Origin: Ionaspis alba
Lineage: Eukaryota
Reading direction: 5' to 3'
Assembly (NCBI GenBank): GCA_964255285.1
Contig: CAXUUL010000068.1
Coordinates: forward strand, 1-38,315
Length of the DNA: 38,315 nt
The translations under genes and the position numbers were made by a program. The notes below the pieces were generated by a model. It ran no database searches. It saw nothing but the letters and a program-made list of their open reading frames with translations, and was not told the origin of the DNA. Shown here piece by piece: positions 33,400 through 38,315 of this stretch (position 1 is the first letter of the stretch; the number at the start of each line of letters is the position of its first letter).

Positions 33400-34334
33400 G
33401 TTTGCCTATTTATCAATATGGTATTCCAGACGTGGGATCAAGCCCTTTATGAGCAACGAGGCTTTCTTTGTGTGGAATTTTTGGATTGATCGTCTATGTA
33501 CACCAGGGGGTTCCCAAGGAAAACTTGCTGGTGCAGGTGCTTGTGTGGAGAAGCAGACGCGCTGGTGCTGATGGAAAGGTTCGGTTATAGCGTGAGGATG
33601 GTGATGGAAGGATCGGATCTGTGGAGCTGTGCTGGAATGGGAGGTACAGATATCGTGGTAGCGAGAATTTCCCCAATGCCAATCGCAAGTGATCACAATG
33701 AAACGGGCTTTGATGTGGAATGTGAAGAATCTGTGCCTTGATGAATAGAGGTGAGAAGAGGGAGTTCCAAAGGTGATAAGTAAGGTTGAAAGACGCCCTA
33801 GGTGATATAGAAATCCTCCGCAGACTTCTCAGGACTCAAACCTGTTAAGTGTTGAAGTATCGCTCCCACCTGGAATACCCAGACTACCCGAATAGGACAA
33901 AGTTGTAAGCTTGAACCATCAAGAAATTGTTCTTGAGAGATAGAAGATCTTGGACGAGTGGGATGTCAAGGTCGTTGCAGGATGGCAGTAATGAAGGGAA
34001 GTGATGTGAAGGGAAGGGAGGGAGTTGAGAACCAGAGCTGAAGTCTGTGGTGCCAAGACGCTAGCCGCGTTCGGTCGGCCTGACTTATATCGATCTGCGT
34101 CGAGGGAACGAAATTCTAGCAAAGCGATATAAACCTCAGTTACCGGAATCGTTGACAATTACGTAGTGGGGTGATGCAAACTCAGGATTTCCATTTGTCG
34201 TGACTTACCAGGCTCCGCTTGCTGTATGAAGCTTGTTACAACAAGGCTTCCGATGTGTTGGGCATTTGACTTGAGAAAGACGTGACTGTCCATTCTGCTT
34301 TCATTCTGTATCCTCAAAGGTTCTACGGCCGGTC

Positions 34335-35460
34335 ATGGCAACAAGGTCGGAAAATCTGACAAAACTGCAAGAATACGTAAAGTGGAGTAAGCAGATTCAA
34401 CAGGACACCTTTTCTACCTATGGCAATGCCGCGTCTGAGCCTGGTCTGGATCGAACCATCCAGGAACTTACTTCACAGGTCGAAGGCGAAAGAGCAGCAC
34501 TCGAGAAGGTAAGTGCAAGGATTAGAAGCCAAACAAGTTAACAGTACTGATTGTAGAGCCTAGCTCAAAAAAATCAATCAAGAGTCGATCCTGGATGGGA
34601 CAAGCGCAAATCCCCGAACTCGGCTGCAACAGCTTCATACCGGCAGAATAGCCTATGAAAAACTGACTGCAGAGGCTCCTCAGCTGCCGCCCAAGGACTC
34701 TGCACTCCCAGCTCTCCTCGCACTCCGCTGTACCTGCTCGACGATATCAGAAACGAAAGATCGCATCACAACAACTCTTCAGGAATCAATCAAAGCCCGA
34801 CAGCATCTCTCCAGCGAGCGATCGGATCTAAACACTGCTCGTCTTATAACTGATGCCATCGAAAAGAGGATTGGGAGGCTTCGCAATGAGGTAGATGAGA
34901 AATCTCAGAAGACCCCTAACGAAACTGCTAGGACGACCGTAGCTGAGCAGAAAGTCCGTAAAGCGTTTTACGAAAAGGAGACCAAGAAGCTGGTGCGATC
35001 ACTTGTTTTGTTTATCAACAAACATCTAGCTGCCATGCTAGCTGCGGAGGAGTTAGGTGGGCCAGTGGTTGGCGACCCCCTCGATGTTTCGGATGATATA
35101 CTGATGAAGGGCTTCAATCAGCGAGGCAAGGCCAGAAAATCTAGAGGTCATATGGATGGATTACCTGAGAAACGACAGAGGACAATTGGTCAGATCTGGG
35201 GCCGACGCGAACAAGAAGAATCAAACGATGATGAGGAGCTTAACACAAGAAATGGAAGACAAGCGGCTGCTAAAGAAATGCGTATGCTGACAGAAGATTT
35301 GCTGAACATTGCGGTTGAAGAAGGCACGCTTGCTTACGTGACAATGCAACGTGATGCAGCTGCCGCCAGATTTTTGGTCCGCGCAAAGGTTGCTCAATTT
35401 CATCCGAAAGATGCTCAAAGATTGAGATTGATTGATTTTGGGCAGGAAATAGACGAGTAG
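34335..35460 (+). CDS. Inner kinetochore protein CENP-K (Sim4-like)
   Basis: Exons 34335-34508 and 34564-35460; intron GTAAGT..TAG. Coiled-coil N-terminal half, LPALLALR, LAAMLAAEELGGPVVG, and C-terminal RFLVRAKVAQFHPKDAQRLRLIDFG resembling the CENP-K 'IAxxHPxDxxRIRL' motif. Confidence 0.75.
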
Positions 35461-36145
35461 TGAGAAAGCCTTGATCGTCAGCTTTCGGCTCCTTGAACAG
35501 GTAGCTACGAATAAGTAATAGGTGAAAACTGCACTGCGTGCCAGCGTATACGTGATTCCTTGCGGTCCCTTTGAGAACCTTGTGTTTGCTATTTTGAGAC
35601 GGATCCCGGTTTCGTACCGAACAACATCAGACAATCAAATCCAACCTTTTCCAGATAGATGTAGCCCCTGCCTACGATTTTTCCCTATTGCCTGTCGCCA
35701 CACCATGTCATCTTGATCCTTCTATCTAGGATCGTCGTTTCATATCCATGTGATCCATGGCCTGTCTCCTTTCAATGGAGCATTCTATAGCGGAATTTCT
35801 TTGCTACCTTCTATGTTTAGAATCCGAGTTTTGACTAGGATGGGTGAGCCCTACGCGTACTGTGAAGGAATGATTAGTCTATTAAAGTCTGTTGCACAAA
35901 GATATACAAGGCTATTTGTCACGTCAGACAGTGAGTAAGCACACACTCAAAACTCGGCTTAGCTTTTCGATTCAACGGGACAGGACCCTCCTCGCCAGAC
36001 ACTCGTTAAGAAAGTACTTGCCAAATCTTCTCGCACACTTGGTGAATAATGACTCAGTCAGTTCCTACGGTTAACCCAGCAGAGCTCCTCCAACAACTTA
36101 ACCACCATAAAACTGCTTACCGAGGAGATTCTCGATCTGTTGAGA

Positions 36146-38142
36146 TCAATCCATCACGTCGTCTCGTAAGCTGAAGAGTTCCTTCACAATCTCGTCCGAC
36201 TTTGCCCCTATAGCATTATGGTACATGGTGTTGGTGATGAACGTTCTACACCCCTTGATCTTCGACGCAGTTTCCATAGCCAACTCGAAGTCCACATACA
36301 AATCGTCAAGGAAAGTGGCTGCGTAGATTGGAACCTCGTTCTTTGCCAGCTGGGCTTCGTCGTAAAGATCTGGCCAATCAGAAATTCGAGCAACTATATC
36401 CGCTGTTTCTTTGAGAGGACGAAGCTCATCGTAGTCGGTGAACATGTCTCGCATGATCTATATAGGATTCATTAGAATTTGATCAAGAGATTATCGAGTA
36501 AAGACGCTACCATTTCCGCAGTAAACAAAATTGGCTCCTTGCTGCTTGGGCCTGGGATTTTGAATTCAGGAAACTTCTTGATTGTACGATCCGCGGACCA
36601 GTTTGAGGCAGCACTTTACATGGTGAGTGTGACCGAGTTATTGTCTCAAGGTGTAGTTGGCAACCTACCCAGATACATAGCATGCTTCGTGAATGATTGC
36701 ATAGAGAACGGTGGTGTCAAACGGCAGTAAGTTGTCGAATTCTTGGGTGGTTGGTCTTGTGAGACTTTCAAATATTTGCAAGTCATTCGCCATTCGCAGT
36801 ATAACACCTCAGCAAGGTCAGCAATGAAGCGAAATTTTGGGTCCATCAGACCGACCATGCATCGTGTCGATGCCCCCATGAGCCCCAAGGAAGAGACCTA
36901 ATTGTCGGAACCGAAGCACAGAAAGATTGCCGCCTGACGGGGTTTTGACATCATGCTTGTTTAAGTAGGCAGCTATGTCCTTGACACGCTGAATATCTTC
37001 AGGGTACTTGTCATAGTAGACTCGACTTCTCTCCGCCACTTTTTCTAAGACCCGTAAGCTTTTGCATTCTTGCGGTACAACGGAGAGCGCACTGTAGAGT
37101 CTCTCGTACAGCTGATCTGGATGCTTGACTAGTGGCGGAAGGCCGCCTGCAGTGAAGACTACAACTGTAGATCAGAATAATTGGCGGTGCGAAGACACGC
37201 ATTTCCCTACCTTCTCGGAGGCCCTCAGGGCTGCACAAGATCAGCAATATAAACAAAGGTAAGAGTCTCACGACTAACAATCGTGATAGGTAGTTCACGC
37301 AACAAAATCCTCCAAAGCTCTGTCCTAGGATGGACCACTTCTTCTTGTGCTCAGGATAGTCTTGCGTCAGACTTTGTCGAATTGCTTCACAGTCCTTCAC
37401 TAACATGACGTATCAAAGCGAAGTACATGCTATACACAGCAATATAATCCTCGGACTTACCTATGCTATCAGCTCGGAAATGCCTAAGATAGGCTGCCTG
37501 CTCATTGGAGTCGCCTTGCCTAGCAAGAGTCTCCGCAGTGATGGTGCTACTCATACCGGTCCCTGCACCGAAGACGGTCAGTCAGGCAATCGAGATACTA
37601 CAAAATTGTGAGAGAACCCCGGTCGCTCACCTCTTTGATCGAGTAACAGTACCTAGTGACTTAGATCAGTAAGACAGCAGCGCAGTCAAACTGTAATCCC
37701 TTACCTTATAGCCTTTCTCAACAACGGCGCTGCACCATGGTGTATTCTGTGGAGTTCTGCAACCCATACCTGGTCCACCTGGCACGATCAACTACAAGAA
37801 CAAACGTCCATACATGAATTTACCTTGTAGATAGAGAACTGAGCACCAAGTTAGCACACGGGTTCTGGACAAGATTTCAGCTGAACAGACACCACGGAGG
37901 CTGCTTCGCCTTCTCCTTGATCGGCTCCACAGGCCTCTCAAACTTCTCGGCACTCCTCGCGAACAGACGGAGAGATCCATCTTCTGGCCTTGAGTGATCT
38001 TTCGGGACCTCGAAAAACCACTCCGTAATTTTGAGTTTGCCTGATGCATCATCAGCGAAGCTGTTTTGCTCCAGAATAGCATACACTACGTCGCACCAGG
38101 GACGACATGGCTCCTCTGCTCAAGAACCTTCGCAAGAGACAT
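36146..38142 (-). CDS. Prolyl aminopeptidase / proline iminopeptidase (peptidase S33, alpha/beta hydrolase), 13 exons
   Basis: Spliced reading: MSLAKVLEQRSHVVPGKLKITEWFFEVPKDH...LYLQGGPG...LLDQRGTGMS...HFRADSIVKDCEAIR...WSILGQSFGGFC (nucleophile Ser)...GGLPP...LYAIIHEACY...FTAEM...DDLYVD...YHNAI. Twelve GT-AG introns traced by eye; the first is 38041-38096. Confidence 0.92.
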
Positions 38143-38315
38143 GACGAGAGAACCGAAAGAACGAGAATGCTTTAGGCGAGGGCTTTGGTGCAATACTGAA
38201 AGAACGAAATACCAGACTCAGGTGACATCGGAATCAAGTAAATCTCTATAGCGGAAATATGGAAGAGAGAACCTCGAGCATGCAGTCACGTGCCAAGACC
38301 TCGTGTACCCTCGGT

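Noticed and set aside
35470..36140. Short ORFs between CENP-K and the aminopeptidase gene
   Set aside because: No recognisable motifs on either strand; consistent with convergent 3' UTRs.
1..38315. tRNA, rRNA, CRISPR arrays, autonomous transposons or a secondary-metabolite cluster
   Set aside because: No cloverleaf or rRNA-length matches, spaced direct repeats, transposase/RT ORFs or PKS/NRPS genes were seen; the TF and ABM pair alone is not a cluster.

Overview
Gene-dense window from a filamentous ascomycete (Pezizomycotina) genome, with mostly short (about 50-70 nt) GT-AG introns and CTRAY-like branch points. I can support 14 apparently intact protein-coding genes: a GH128/Asl1-like glucanase, an acidic F-box-like hypothetical protein, a secreted basic protein, a GH20 hexosaminidase, eisosome PilB, a conserved hypothetical protein, PUP1, NUP159, a Zn2Cys6 transcription factor, an ABM-type protein, a BTB protein, a KH-domain Rnc1/Pbp2-like protein, CENP-K and a 13-exon prolyl aminopeptidase. 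Four things are not explained by the ORF track. (1) The secreted protein at 6369-7568 carries a Zn-dependent deaminase-like signature (H-x5-CAE...PGC-x9-C) plus tandem repeats and a polyproline tail, so it is a candidate nucleic-acid-deaminase toxin or effector; it sits head-to-head with the acidic hypothetical protein, between two cell-wall hydrolase genes. (2) A 528-bp element with 31-bp terminal inverted repeats (CCC...GGG ends, TC flanks) lies in the PUP1/NUP159 divergent promoter and contains canonical intron signals. (3) Two tail-to-tail pseudogenes (13005-14516) and further probable gene relics fill the 'intergenic' gaps. (4) There are several unusual splicing and UTR features. Family assignments come from motif recognition by eye, not from database searches.
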